Source: Escherichia phage AV124. From it: a stretch of DNA of 64,000 nucleotides. This document shows positions 49,344 to 56,515 of this stretch, piece by piece; position 1 is the first letter of the stretch, and every line of letters starts with the position of its first letter. Both the position numbers and the translations under genes were made by a program. The notes under the pieces are model-generated. The model was given only the letters and a program-made list of their open reading frames with translations. It ran no database searches and had not been told where the DNA came from. The stretch lies in the sequence record OR352954, one strand, 5' to 3'.

Positions 49344-50797
49344 GAGATATCCCCATCACAATCTAATAATTCAACAATAGTCACCTTATTCCGAGGAGCC
49401 TTATCTTCTCGGTTTACAGACACTCGCCCATCTCCCTCGTACTCAAGGATAAGCGGGTCTTCCACGATAACCTTAAACAGACAAGCACCAGGTTCTATAC
49501 CCCCAACGTGCCAACTCCCCTGCACCCCATTCTTGCATAGCAGCTTATACCTCTCTTGTGCAGCATCAAGATCAAAATAAATACTGATCTTATCTAGCAT
49601 CTCTGGATTGTCGATGCTATTGCTATTAAGGCCGAATACGTGTTTTTCGGTATGCGCTTGCATCATGTAAAAATGCACAGCACTAGATACAGCCCAGAAC
49701 TCCTTAAAGTACAGGCGATCGGTGTTTTTACGCAGGCGTTGGAAAACATTGAAGATATCTTTAGCTTCAAGATTGAAACGCCGTTGCCCTTTACGCTTGT
49801 CGGTGATAGTGGCAATCGTACTGATAGTAATATCCCCTGCGTTATCCAGTTTATCAAATAATCGTTCAAATGAAAACGGTTCTTTTGTATCGAAGAGTTC
49901 TTCAACGTTTGTCCCGTACATACCACTAAGATGCTTTTTGGCATCCTCCCAGCTTTCCATTTTGAGACCTGCAACGGCAACACCCAACTTCATTGTTTCT
50001 CGACGGGAGATTGTATACCCACGGGCCTCGTACTTTGACGCTCGGAGCATACTGATGATCGGGTAGTCTGTCGCTGGATTAAGAACCAACACCTTCTGTG
50101 CAGCATGTTTAAGAAAACGACTGTCAAACACCCATGTTTCATCACCAAATGAGAAGGCACCCATATTGATGGTATAGTCAAACTTATCAAAGATCTGCCC
50201 AGCGTTCTCAAATACCGAGAATGCAATGCATTGCATCACCGGATTAGAACCCTCTGAAAACATAATGCTTTTGTCTGTCATGCCGATATTACGAACATAT
50301 GAGACTTTCTCCTTTCTACTTTCGAGCAGTTTTTCAATACCATCCCAAGTCGATTCAGAGATATCAGACAGATCAAAAGGGCAGTCACTGGCAAACTTAT
50401 CTTCCATCTCCACGATCTCTTGCTTAGACACTTTCTGAGAAAGAACCTTGAATCTTGGCGCACGGGATTCCCATACCTCTTTCCCATTGTCTAAAATGAA
50501 GAAATCACGATAAACACGTTTCTCTTCATTGTATCCCTTCGTTTTAGGCGACAGGTCATGTTCACCTTTTCGTAGGTCTATGTCGATCATATAAGTAATA
50601 AAGATCTCTAGGTCATCCCATGAACGGAAGTACAGGTCGAGATCATTAACTTCCCGGTTGGTAAAGAGAGCCGTGATAGCGCCTCCTGCGATTATAACAT
50701 CGAGGCTGCGAAGGATATGGTAAATATCCTCAGAGAAAAAACTTTTTAGTAAACGGTATTCTCGAAGATGTTCACTCTTCTCGTAAGTGTGGATCAT
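49340..50797 (-). CDS. Pol-beta-superfamily nucleotidyltransferase, CCA-adding-enzyme-like head motif (485 aa)
   Basis: Start at ATG 50797 (MIHTYEK) with RBS AAAGGAGACC; motif VIIAGGAITALFTNREVNDLDLYF (GGA, 11 residues, DxD) has the same spacing as the tRNA nucleotidyltransferase / poly(A) polymerase head domain but lacks the RD of GGxVRD. Confidence 0.55.
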   Translation of the reverse strand: MIHTYEKSEHLREYRLLKSFFSEDIYHILRSLDVIIAGGAITALFTNREVNDLDLYFRSWDDLEIFITYMIDIDLRKGEHDLSPKTKGYNEEKRVYRDFFILDNGKEVWESRAPRFKVLSQKVSKQEIVEMEDKFASDCPFDLSDISESTWDGIEKLLESRKEKVSYVRNIGMTDKSIMFSEGSNPVMQCIAFSVFENAGQIFDKFDYTINMGAFSFGDETWVFDSRFLKHAAQKVLVLNPATDYPIISMLRASKYEARGYTISRRETMKLGVAVAGLKMESWEDAKKHLSGMYGTNVEELFDTKEPFSFERLFDKLDNAGDITISTIATITDKRKGQRRFNLEAKDIFNVFQRLRKNTDRLYFKEFWAVSSAVHFYMMQAHTEKHVFGLNSNSIDNPEMLDKISIYFDLDAAQERYKLLCKNGVQGSWHVGGIEPGACLFKVIVEDPLILEYEGDGRVSVNREDKAPRNKVTIVELLDCDGDIS

Positions 50798-50829
50798 TCT
50801 GGTCTCCTTTAGTAAGTTACTTTTAGAGT

Positions 50830-50864
50830 GTACCAGAAAAAGAAAAGCCCCGCAAGAGCGGGGC
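50830..50864 (-). terminator. rho-independent terminator between tRNA array and nucleotidyltransferase gene
   Basis: On the minus strand: hairpin GCCCCGC-TCTT-GCGGGGC followed by TTTTCTTTTTCT. Confidence 0.55.
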
Positions 50865-50908
50865 GAGGCAAAGGAGAGGAGATATAATAATTTATTGTTA
50901 TTAGAATT

Positions 50909-50984
50909 TGGTTGCGAGCAGCGGAATCGAACCCCTCTGAACAAGCTTATGAGACTCGTGAATTCACCAGAATTCTAGCTCGCA
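50909..50984 (-). tRNA. tRNA-Met/Ile2 (anticodon CAT)
   Basis: Cloverleaf read by eye: acceptor TGCGAGC/GCTCGCA, D-arm GAAT-TCTGGTGA-ATTC, anticodon stem CGAGT/GCTTG with wobble pairs, loop CTCATAA, T-loop TTCGATT; CCA encoded. Confidence 0.7.
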
Positions 50985-50990
50985 ATTGTT

Positions 50991-51067
50991 TGGCGGGACG
51001 GGGTGGATTCGAACCACCGACACCATGATCTTCAATCAAGTGCTCTACCAAACTGAGCTACCGACCC
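50991..51067 (-). tRNA. tRNA-Phe (GAA)
   Basis: D-arm GCTC-AGTTTGGTA-GAGC, anticodon loop TTGAAGA, T-arm GGTGG-TTCGAAT-CCACC; CCA encoded. Confidence 0.75.
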
Positions 51068-51073
51068 GATGTG

Positions 51074-51158
51074 TGGTGGGCAAGGAGAGACTCGAACTCT
51101 CACGTCATAGGACGCCAGAACCTAAATCTGGTGCGTCTACCAATTTCGCCACTTGCCC
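51074..51158 (-). tRNA. tRNA-Leu (TAG)
   Basis: Anticodon arm CCAGA-TTTAGGT-TCTGG, long variable arm, T-loop TTCGAGT; CCA encoded. Confidence 0.75.
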
Positions 51159-51403
51159 TAATCGATCCTTCGGGAGAATGCCACCCTCGGACAAATACCA
51201 TGATAAGCACTTATAGGCAATATACTCATCAATCCTCGCTCCGTTTTGATATCGTTACCGCCACAAGGACGCATTGCGAACCATCAATATCCGAAGACTC
51301 GCCTTATCGTTGTACACCGAGTCGGGCTTCCTCTTTATTAGTTTGCTCTGTTACGCCACACGTAAATCCTGCAAGCCAGAAGGTCTCTACAGGAGAGCAA
51401 ATA

Positions 51404-51476
51404 TGGTGTGGATGGAAGGACTCGAACCTACATCAAACGGCTTCGTAGACCGTTGCCTGTCCGTCAGGACACCCAC
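51404..51476 (-). tRNA. tRNA-Arg (ACG)
   Basis: Anticodon arm ACGGT-CTACGAA-GCCGT, T-loop TTCGAGT, acceptor GTGGGTG/CATCCAC; CCA encoded. Confidence 0.75.
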
Positions 51477-51482
51477 ATAATT

Positions 51483-51559
51483 TGGTCTCCATAGAGTGAC
51501 TCGAACACTCAACCTCCTGGTCCCAAACCAGGCGCTCTACACTATTGAGCTACACGGAG
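51483..51559 (-). tRNA. tRNA-Pro (TGG)
   Basis: D-arm GCTC-AATAGTGTA-GAGC, anticodon arm CCTGG-TTTGGGA-CCAGG, T-arm GAGTG-TTCGAGT-CACTC; CCA encoded. Confidence 0.8.
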
Positions 51560-51657
51560 AGAAGTGCAGAATTTTAATTATCCCAGACACTGCAACTGGT
51601 ATTGCTGGCTAGCTAATAAGTTCTCCAAGCAAAGTTTTAATTTGCAAGGAGGATGTT

Positions 51658-51734
51658 TGGCGGGACCGAAGGGAATCGAACCCTCATTTTCCGCATCGAC
51701 AGTGCGGCACCATTACCTTGTCAGCCACGGCCCC
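51658..51734 (-). tRNA. tRNA-Asp (GTC)
   Basis: Anticodon arm CCGCA-CTGTCGA-TGCGG, T-loop TTCGATT, acceptor GGGGCCG/CGGTCCC; CCA encoded. Confidence 0.8.
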
Positions 51735-51741
51735 ATAAATT

Positions 51742-51826
51742 TGGCGACGAGCGTAGGAATTGAACCTACATAGAGCTAATGCTCGCGGATTAACAGTCCG
51801 CCGTTCTACCAATGAACCAGCTCGTC
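51742..51826 (-). tRNA. tRNA-Asn (GTT) with enlarged variable region
   Basis: D-arm GTTC-ATTGGTA-GAAC and anticodon arm GCGGA-CTGTTAA-TCCGC; variable region is 15 nt with a GAGC-ATTA-GCTC mini-hairpin; CCA encoded. Confidence 0.65.
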
Positions 51827-51886
51827 ATTTAAATACTTTATCAGTGAAAACAACCTTTTGCAAGAATTATTTTAACTGATTTAATT

Positions 51887-51962
51887 TGGCGGGAAGGGAA
51901 GGATTTTAACCCATCGTCTCTTCGCTTAAAAAGCGAATGCCTGACCGCTCGGCTACCTACCC
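51887..51962 (-). tRNA. tRNA-Lys (TTT)
   Basis: Anticodon arm TTCGC-TTTTTAA-GCGAA, T-loop TTAAAAT; acceptor has one mismatch; CCA encoded. Confidence 0.65.
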
Positions 51963-51970
51963 ATATTGTT

Positions 51971-52059
51971 TGGAGGAGAGCAACAGAATCGAACTGTCAC
52001 CGTATCTCTACGGTGGGACCGGGTTCAAACCGGAGCCTGCACCATGCAGCCTGCTCTCC
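51971..52059 (-). tRNA. tRNA-Ser (TGA)
   Basis: Anticodon arm CCGG-TTTGAAC-CCGG, long variable arm, T-loop TTCGATT; CCA encoded. Confidence 0.7.
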
Positions 52060-52064
52060 AAAAT

Positions 52065-52150
52065 TGGCGGAAGATGCAAGGGTTGAACTTGCACACCCTT
52101 TCGGATGGCGGTTTAGCAAACCGCTGTGGCTACCATTTCACCAATCTTCC
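52065..52150 (-). tRNA. tRNA-Ser (GCT)
   Basis: Anticodon arm GCGGT-TTGCTAA-ACCGC, long variable arm, T-arm GCAAG-TTCAACC-CTTGC; CCA encoded. Confidence 0.75.
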
Positions 52151-52296
52151 AATTGTTCTTTAATTTCTTTACGAAGATCTGCTTTTTCTTTCGCACGAGT
52201 AATAGGGACTGATTGAATCTCTTCTGCAACACCACAGTTACTACCGTGAAGTCTACAGCGTCCAAACACTTTCTTGCAACGCAAAAGTTTCTGCAT
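52138..52296 (-). CDS. small Cys-containing protein inside the tRNA array (52 aa)
   Basis: Start at internal ATG 52296 (MQKLLRCKKVFGRCRLHGSNCGV...) with RBS GGAGG at 4-nt spacing; three Cys in 13 residues; the 3-prime end of the frame runs into the adjacent tRNA-Ser. Confidence 0.35.
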   Translation of the reverse strand: MQKLLRCKKVFGRCRLHGSNCGVAEEIQSVPITRAKEKADLRKEIKEQLEDW

Positions 52297-52311
52297 AAAT
52301 CCTCCATAAAG

Positions 52312-52401
52312 TGGCGGAGAAGGAGAGAATTGAACTCTCAAGCCGTTTTACCAGTCAGCACCTTTCCAAGGTGTTTTCGTCACCTATCGATTTGCTTCTC
52401 C
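52312..52401 (-). tRNA. atypical type-II tRNA, possibly tRNA-Ser (GGA)
   Basis: Acceptor GGAGAAG/CTTCTCC and T-arm GAGAG-TTCAATT-CTCTC are clear; candidate anticodon arm ACACC-TTGGAAA-GGTGC; D-arm irregular; 90 nt; CCA encoded. Confidence 0.45.
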
Positions 52402-52405
52402 ATAT

Positions 52406-52482
52406 TGGGGTGGCTAGTGGGACTCGAACCCACATAGGACTGCCTCACAAGCAGTGTCATTATCCAGTTATGATATAGCCAC
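52406..52482 (-). tRNA. tRNA-His (GTG)
   Basis: Anticodon arm ACTGC-TTGTGAG-GCAGT, T-arm GTGGG-TTCGAGT-CCCAC; CCA encoded. Confidence 0.7.
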
Positions 52483-52554
52483 ATCAAAAGGCACTCCCAG
52501 CTTTCGGGTGAATTTCAAGAGCGGCTGCGCAACCACTTGAAGTACCTTTTGATA

Positions 52555-52630
52555 TGGCAGGAAGATCAGGACTTGAACCTGAACTACGGATTTCAAAGAC
52601 CCGTGTGCTAACCAATTACACCATCTTCCT
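52555..52630 (-). tRNA. tRNA-Gln (TTG)
   Basis: Anticodon arm CGGGT-CTTTGAA-ATCCG, T-loop TTCAAGT, D-arm GTGT-AATTGGTTAG-CACA; CCA encoded. Confidence 0.75.
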
Positions 52631-52785
52631 ATAATCGGTGAGGGCGCCTGAAACCGAGCCAGGCTAAGTATTGGACTGCAATCCTCAACTTATTTTGTTG
52701 CCGCCATGCTTACTTATGACCGACAAGAGTTCCCGTTGCAGCGGTAGATCATAGTCATTTTCAACATCCGGTCGCCCCCATTATT

Positions 52786-52859
52786 TGGAGCGTCTAGAGG
52801 GAATCGAACCCTACTCTGCGAGGCTTGGAAGGCCTGCGACACACCTCGTGCTTAGACGC
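52786..52859 (-). tRNA. tRNA-Trp (CCA)
   Basis: Anticodon arm AGGCC-TTCCAAG-GGCCT, T-loop TTCGATT; CCA encoded. Confidence 0.7.
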
Positions 52860-52866
52860 TTTAAAT

Positions 52867-52941
52867 TGGTGGGAGTATCTGGGATCGAACCAGAGACCTC
52901 TCGATTATCGGTCGAGCGTTCTACCGCTGAACTATACTCCC
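52867..52941 (-). tRNA. tRNA-Ile (GAT)
   Basis: D-arm GTTC-AGCGGTA-GAAC, anticodon arm CTCGA-CCGATAA-TCGAG, T-arm TCTGG-TTCGATC-CCAGA; CCA encoded. Confidence 0.8.
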
Positions 52942-53074
52942 ATTAATTGGTGCGCCCCTTTATAAAAATGTCTTCAAGCGGAGTCTTTATTGAAACAATA
53001 AATTTACTCACTCACCTAATCTTATTTTTACTCAGATGGACGTCTTTAGCGGAGCGTCCTCCACCTTCTTCGTT

Positions 53075-53161
53075 TGGTACGCCGTGATAGAGTCGAACTA
53101 CCCGAGCCTTTTGAGCAACAGATTTACAGTCTGTCCCGCTACCCCTACGGTCTAACGGCGC
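53075..53161 (-). tRNA. tRNA-Tyr (GTA)
   Basis: Anticodon arm ACAGA-CTGTAAA-TCTGT, long variable arm, T-loop TTCGACT; CCA encoded. Confidence 0.7.
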
Positions 53162-53163
53162 AT

Positions 53164-53514
53164 TTAGCCTTGTTTGAACTGAACAATATCTGTTGTGAAT
53201 GGCTTACTCATAGGAGTAGATTTCTTATCATCAACATTAGTTGTTTCAGCTTCTTCATTCTCTTCATCGAAGTAATCAGAAAGCATTTGTTCACCTTTCT
53301 CAATTACAAATCGAGCAATATTTTCCCTGATGTTGTCCTTTGTTGTGGCGCTTGTCATAAGGTCTTTTAGCACTTTATGAGCATCAGGAATCATAGCAAT
53401 CATATTGGTCTTAAGGTCAAGGATATTCTTCTCAAGCTGAATAGCATTAGACTCTTCTTTAAGGGGTCTACCTTTTCCTCTACGACGCTTTGTAAGTTGT
53501 TGTTTTACTGCCAT
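53164..53514 (-). CDS. hypothetical acidic protein inside the tRNA array (116 aa)
   Basis: ORF with ATG start; Lys/Glu-rich. Confidence 0.5.
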   Translation of the reverse strand: MAVKQQLTKRRRGKGRPLKEESNAIQLEKNILDLKTNMIAMIPDAHKVLKDLMTSATTKDNIRENIARFVIEKGEQMLSDYFDEENEEAETTNVDDKKSTPMSKPFTTDIVQFKQG

Positions 53515-53599
53515 AATAACCCCACTTATTAATATTATCAGATTTAAATTTATCTGTCAAGGGTCATTTTATCATTTTTTATAAAAATATTCAACAACT

Positions 53600-53674
53600 T
53601 GGAGCACGGTAGGTGAATCGAACACCTGACATTTCTTTTGCAGAGAAAGCTGTTGCCACTCCAGCAACCGTGCT
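53600..53674 (-). tRNA. tRNA-Cys (GCA)
   Basis: Anticodon arm TTTCT-CTGCAAA-AGAAA, T-arm AGGTG-TTCGATT-CACCT; CCA encoded. Confidence 0.75.
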
Positions 53675-53789
53675 TTCGGGGGACCCGATTATTTCAATTC
53701 GCTTCCACACATTCGGGTCAAGACGTGTCCTATAGTCTTTCGACGCTTCCACAGCTCGGAGTAAACCCGTCCCGGCTGTCCTGTGAATT

Positions 53790-53871
53790 TGGCGAAGGCG
53801 GCAGGATTCGAACCCGCATACTCCAATTACTCGATTAACGACGGGTTAGAAGCCCGTTGAGATACGCCCTC
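53790..53871 (-). tRNA. atypical tRNA-like gene (anticodon-like loop TCT, no recognisable D-arm)
   Basis: Acceptor GAGGGCG/CGCCTTC and T-arm GCGGG-TTCGAAT-CCTGC are clear; only one further hairpin ACGGG-CTTCTAA-CCCGT, followed by a 23-nt unpaired region; CCA encoded. Confidence 0.4.
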
Positions 53872-53877
53872 TTAAAC

Positions 53878-53966
53878 TGGTGCGGGATGAGGGATTCGAA
53901 CCCTCAAGGCCTAGAGGCCTACGAAGTCTTAAGCCTCGTGTGTACTGCCAATACCACCAATCCCGC
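53878..53966 (-). tRNA. tRNA-Leu (TAA)
   Basis: Anticodon arm CGAGG-CTTAAGA-CTTCG, long variable arm, T-arm GAGGG-TTCGAAT-CCCTC; CCA encoded. Confidence 0.75.
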
Positions 53967-54148
53967 AGAAATCTATTTTGTGAAGTCCCGATGTCCTGAC
54001 AACCGCCGTTGTCTCTCCGAAGCGCCTCTACTTGCGAAGAAGAGCCTACGCCATCCCTTTCATCAACTTGATATCAAAGCCGACACAGAGATCACACCCC
54101 ACTAGATGCAGGAGATTTTAAGTGTTTCAGAACCTCGCAGAATAGATT

Positions 54149-54257
54149 TGGAGCAGGGTGGTGGAATCTAACCACCTATGTATTTAGCCATGCTGTTAGT
54201 TCTGGCATATTTTTCAGGTCTGGATGGACCTCGCGGTTGACAAACCGCCTACCCTGC
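54149..54257 (-). tRNA. oversized tRNA-like gene (109 nt) with internal insertion
   Basis: Acceptor GCAGGGT/ACCCTGC, D-arm GCGG-TTTGTCAA-CCGC, T-arm GGTGG-TTAGATT-CCACC; stem AGGTC/GACCT closes a 6-nt loop; about 37 extra nt before the T-arm; CCA encoded. Confidence 0.35.
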
Positions 54258-54259
54258 AT

Positions 54260-54334
54260 TGGCTTCTCGAACAGGAATCGAACCTGTACCGTCCCTATCG
54301 TGGGACCGCTCTAACCAAAGTAAGCTATCGAGAA
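54260..54334 (-). tRNA. tRNA-like gene with 6-nt anticodon-position loop
   Basis: Acceptor TTCTCGA/TCGAGAA, D-arm GCTT-ACTTTGGTTA-GAGC, T-arm ACAGG-TTCGATT-CCTGT; stem GTCCC/GGGAC closes loop ACGATA; CCA encoded. Confidence 0.5.
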
Positions 54335-54340
54335 ATTGTT

Positions 54341-54416
54341 TGGTGCTCGCAGTAGGACTTGAACCCACGACCTTCTCCTTACAAGGGAGTTGCTCTACCA
54401 ACTGAGCTATACGAGC
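54341..54416 (-). tRNA. tRNA-Thr (TGT)
   Basis: D-arm GCTC-AGTTGGTA-GAGC, anticodon loop CTTGTAA, T-arm GTGGG-TTCAAGT-CCTAC; CCA encoded. Confidence 0.75.
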
Positions 54417-54817
54417 AAGAAATGCTGTTTCCGATTAACAGCCTGGAGGAGTCAGTTAGCCATATCTTGTGAGCTAAGATCCTATATCCAGGATTTAAGT
54501 AATCAAAGAAATTTTAGCTTTATGGTTTAGAAGTTTCAAGTTTAAACATTAAGCTTTGAACGATAATCTTTGAATGCTGAATGTTGAAGTCTTTCGAATT
54601 CGCGATTCGACAATTTCGATCAAGCCGCATCATTGTGCGGTCTGACGGAAAGATATGTTTAAGTATCATCCTATACGATTATGTTCGGAGCAGTTTAACC
54701 TCCGGCCCCGGTAGAGGCAAGATGTTTCTGACTTCGCTAACCAAAAACAGCATTTAAAAACTTTACCAGCTATCCACAGGAATTACAAGATGTTAATCAA
54801 GAATTCCTGCAAATATT

Positions 54818-55465
54818 TTAGATTGATCCTTCAATCTCTACTTCAGTCCGTGCATTTGACTCGGAAAGAACAAAGTCAACGTTAGACTTAAAGTCTTCAA
54901 TCTCTGCTTCCAGAGAACGAATGCGATCTGCCAGGCCCAGTGGATCGACAATGGAAGGAGTTCCCATGCTACGAACTGGCGCTTCTACTACAGCCAACTG
55001 TGCAGCGTCTGGCGCTTTATCACGTTGGACATATGGAGCACGAGCTGCTTCAAGCTTCGCTTCGAATTCCTGTGTATCACGGTTCAGGCGAACCTGAGCA
55101 TGATTATACTGAGACTTCAGTTTGCCAAGCAGAAGCTCTTTGAAAACGATGGTGCGTTTACGCTCAATCGCCTGAGCTACGGTCATAGACTCGCCAGCGA
55201 TCTCAACTTTTGTTACAGCGTTTGACTGAACAACTTTCGCCTTCAGGTCGTCGCGAACAGCCAGAAGATCCTGAACACCCTGGAAGTCTGCCTGAGCAGA
55301 TTTCTCGAAGTCCTCAACGCTCTGGATAGAGCCTGGGATCTGACGGTTTGCGTCAGTGCCTTTCGCGATGTGAATCGTGTTCAGCGCTTCGATACGCTTC
55401 TGAATCTTTTCCTCAACCTTGGTCAGGGTAGCCAGAGCGCGGGTTACAGACATCTTAGTAGACAT
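54818..55465 (-). CDS. coiled-coil protein (215 aa)
   Basis: Ala/Glu/Lys/Arg-rich heptad-like sequence. Confidence 0.5.
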   Translation of the reverse strand: MSTKMSVTRALATLTKVEEKIQKRIEALNTIHIAKGTDANRQIPGSIQSVEDFEKSAQADFQGVQDLLAVRDDLKAKVVQSNAVTKVEIAGESMTVAQAIERKRTIVFKELLLGKLKSQYNHAQVRLNRDTQEFEAKLEAARAPYVQRDKAPDAAQLAVVEAPVRSMGTPSIVDPLGLADRIRSLEAEIEDFKSNVDFVLSESNARTEVEIEGSI

Positions 55466-55539
55466 AGAATTCTCCTCTCATGAAATTTAAAATTTAAGTT
55501 ACTTCAAATATTTGCCGACATCCGTGTCGGCACTACGCA

Positions 55540-56151
55540 TTAGTTTTTGCCAGTATTAACAACTACGCCCTGGCGGTTAGCATCAGCTTTTGCGATTTCC
55601 AGACGGGTTTCGCGTTCAGCCTTCAGATCACCACGCGCTGCTTCAAGCTGTTCGGTCAGCATTGCAATGCGGTCATCCTTAGCCTTGCTATTAGCAGTAA
55701 GTTCTGCAATTGCAACCTTGTGAGCAGATTCCAGATTTGCCTTAACCGCATTCAGTTCGATTGCAGCGCTACGTTTAACGTCGGCAACTGCGCTTTCTAC
55801 AGCTTCAGCATTGTTCTGCTGAGAGATCGCCAGCTCTGCACGAAGGTCTTCAACAACACCCGGTTCTACAGCTACAAGGCCGCGAGATTTCAGGATAGAG
55901 TTCAGAACGGAATCTTCGTTTTCCAGAACTTTGATCTTCAGCTTGGATTTTTCTTCAGCCAGTTTTTCGTTGAACTGAACTTCAATTTGTCCCAGTTCCT
56001 GCTGCTTAAACTGAATTTCCTGACTGATCTTTTCAGACCCTTCTGCCAGAGATTGCAGTTCAGCGACTACTTTAGTCAGACCAGTAGCGGCAGTGGTTAC
56101 TGCTTTAGTGGCACGTTCAGTTACGGAAATTACAGTTTTAGAATCAGTCAT
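55540..56151 (-). CDS. coiled-coil protein (203 aa)
   Basis: Ala/Glu/Lys-rich heptad-like sequence. Confidence 0.5.
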   Translation of the reverse strand: MTDSKTVISVTERATKAVTTAATGLTKVVAELQSLAEGSEKISQEIQFKQQELGQIEVQFNEKLAEEKSKLKIKVLENEDSVLNSILKSRGLVAVEPGVVEDLRAELAISQQNNAEAVESAVADVKRSAAIELNAVKANLESAHKVAIAELTANSKAKDDRIAMLTEQLEAARGDLKAERETRLEIAKADANRQGVVVNTGKN

Positions 56152-56189
56152 TAAGTTATCCTTTGCGTTAAATTAGGTTTTAAATACTA

Positions 56190-56330
56190 CACTTACAGAT
56201 TGTGTTTGTCAAGCGAATCTTTGATTATTTCTTCGGTGGTAGGGTTGTTTTCAAACCATGACCAATAATACCAAAGAACAAGCAGGAAAGAGATCACTGA
56301 CATGATGATGAAGATAACACCGACACTCAT
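56190..56330 (-). CDS. small membrane peptide (46 aa)
   Basis: Below the track cutoff; translated by eye (MSVGVIFIIMSVISFLLVLWYYWSWF...); ATGA overlap with upstream gene. Confidence 0.4.
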
Positions 56331-56515
56331 CGTACAACGTCCTTAATGGAGTCACAAACTTCACCAACGACGTCTGCGGTAGGTGATACGACAATCTCAT
56401 CAGCGGCGTCAAAAACTTCTGCGGCTACATCTACAAAAGGTTCTGCAACAGTTGCAGTGACAACAACAGCAGTACCAACAATATCGCCAGCCATACGTAA
56501 TAATGTCCCTAACAT
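56327..56515 (-). CDS. small acidic protein (62 aa)
   Basis: Start at internal ATG (MLGTLLR) with RBS AAGGAGAA. Confidence 0.45.
   Translation of the reverse strand: MLGTLLRMAGDIVGTAVVVTATVAEPFVDVAAEVFDAADEIVVSPTADVVGEVCDSIKDVVR

Noticed and set aside
49340-50944. The 534-aa version of the nucleotidyltransferase ORF starting at 50944, and the idea that this protein is the endolysin
   Set aside because: The first 49 codons overlap the terminator hairpin and have no ribosome-binding site, whereas ATG 50797 has AAAGGAG. The sequence shows a Pol-beta nucleotidyltransferase motif and no lysozyme, amidase, CHAP or peptidase catalytic signature.
50986-52437. Plus-strand ORFs in the track running across the tRNA array (e.g. 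50986..51216, 51071..51448, 51966..52163, 52213..52437)
   Set aside because: They overlap well-formed tRNA genes, have no ribosome-binding sites and are rich in Arg/Pro/Cys, which is typical of random frames through structured RNA genes.
52945-52965. TGGTGCGCCCC resembling the reverse complement of a tRNA 3-prime end
   Set aside because: No T-arm follows, and the downstream sequence is AT-rich without cloverleaf potential.
50909-54416. CRISPR array, suggested by the regularly spaced GGATTCGAACC-like repeats
   Set aside because: The repeats are tRNA T-arms. The intervening sequences fold as cloverleaves, and the repeat units are neither identical nor evenly spaced.
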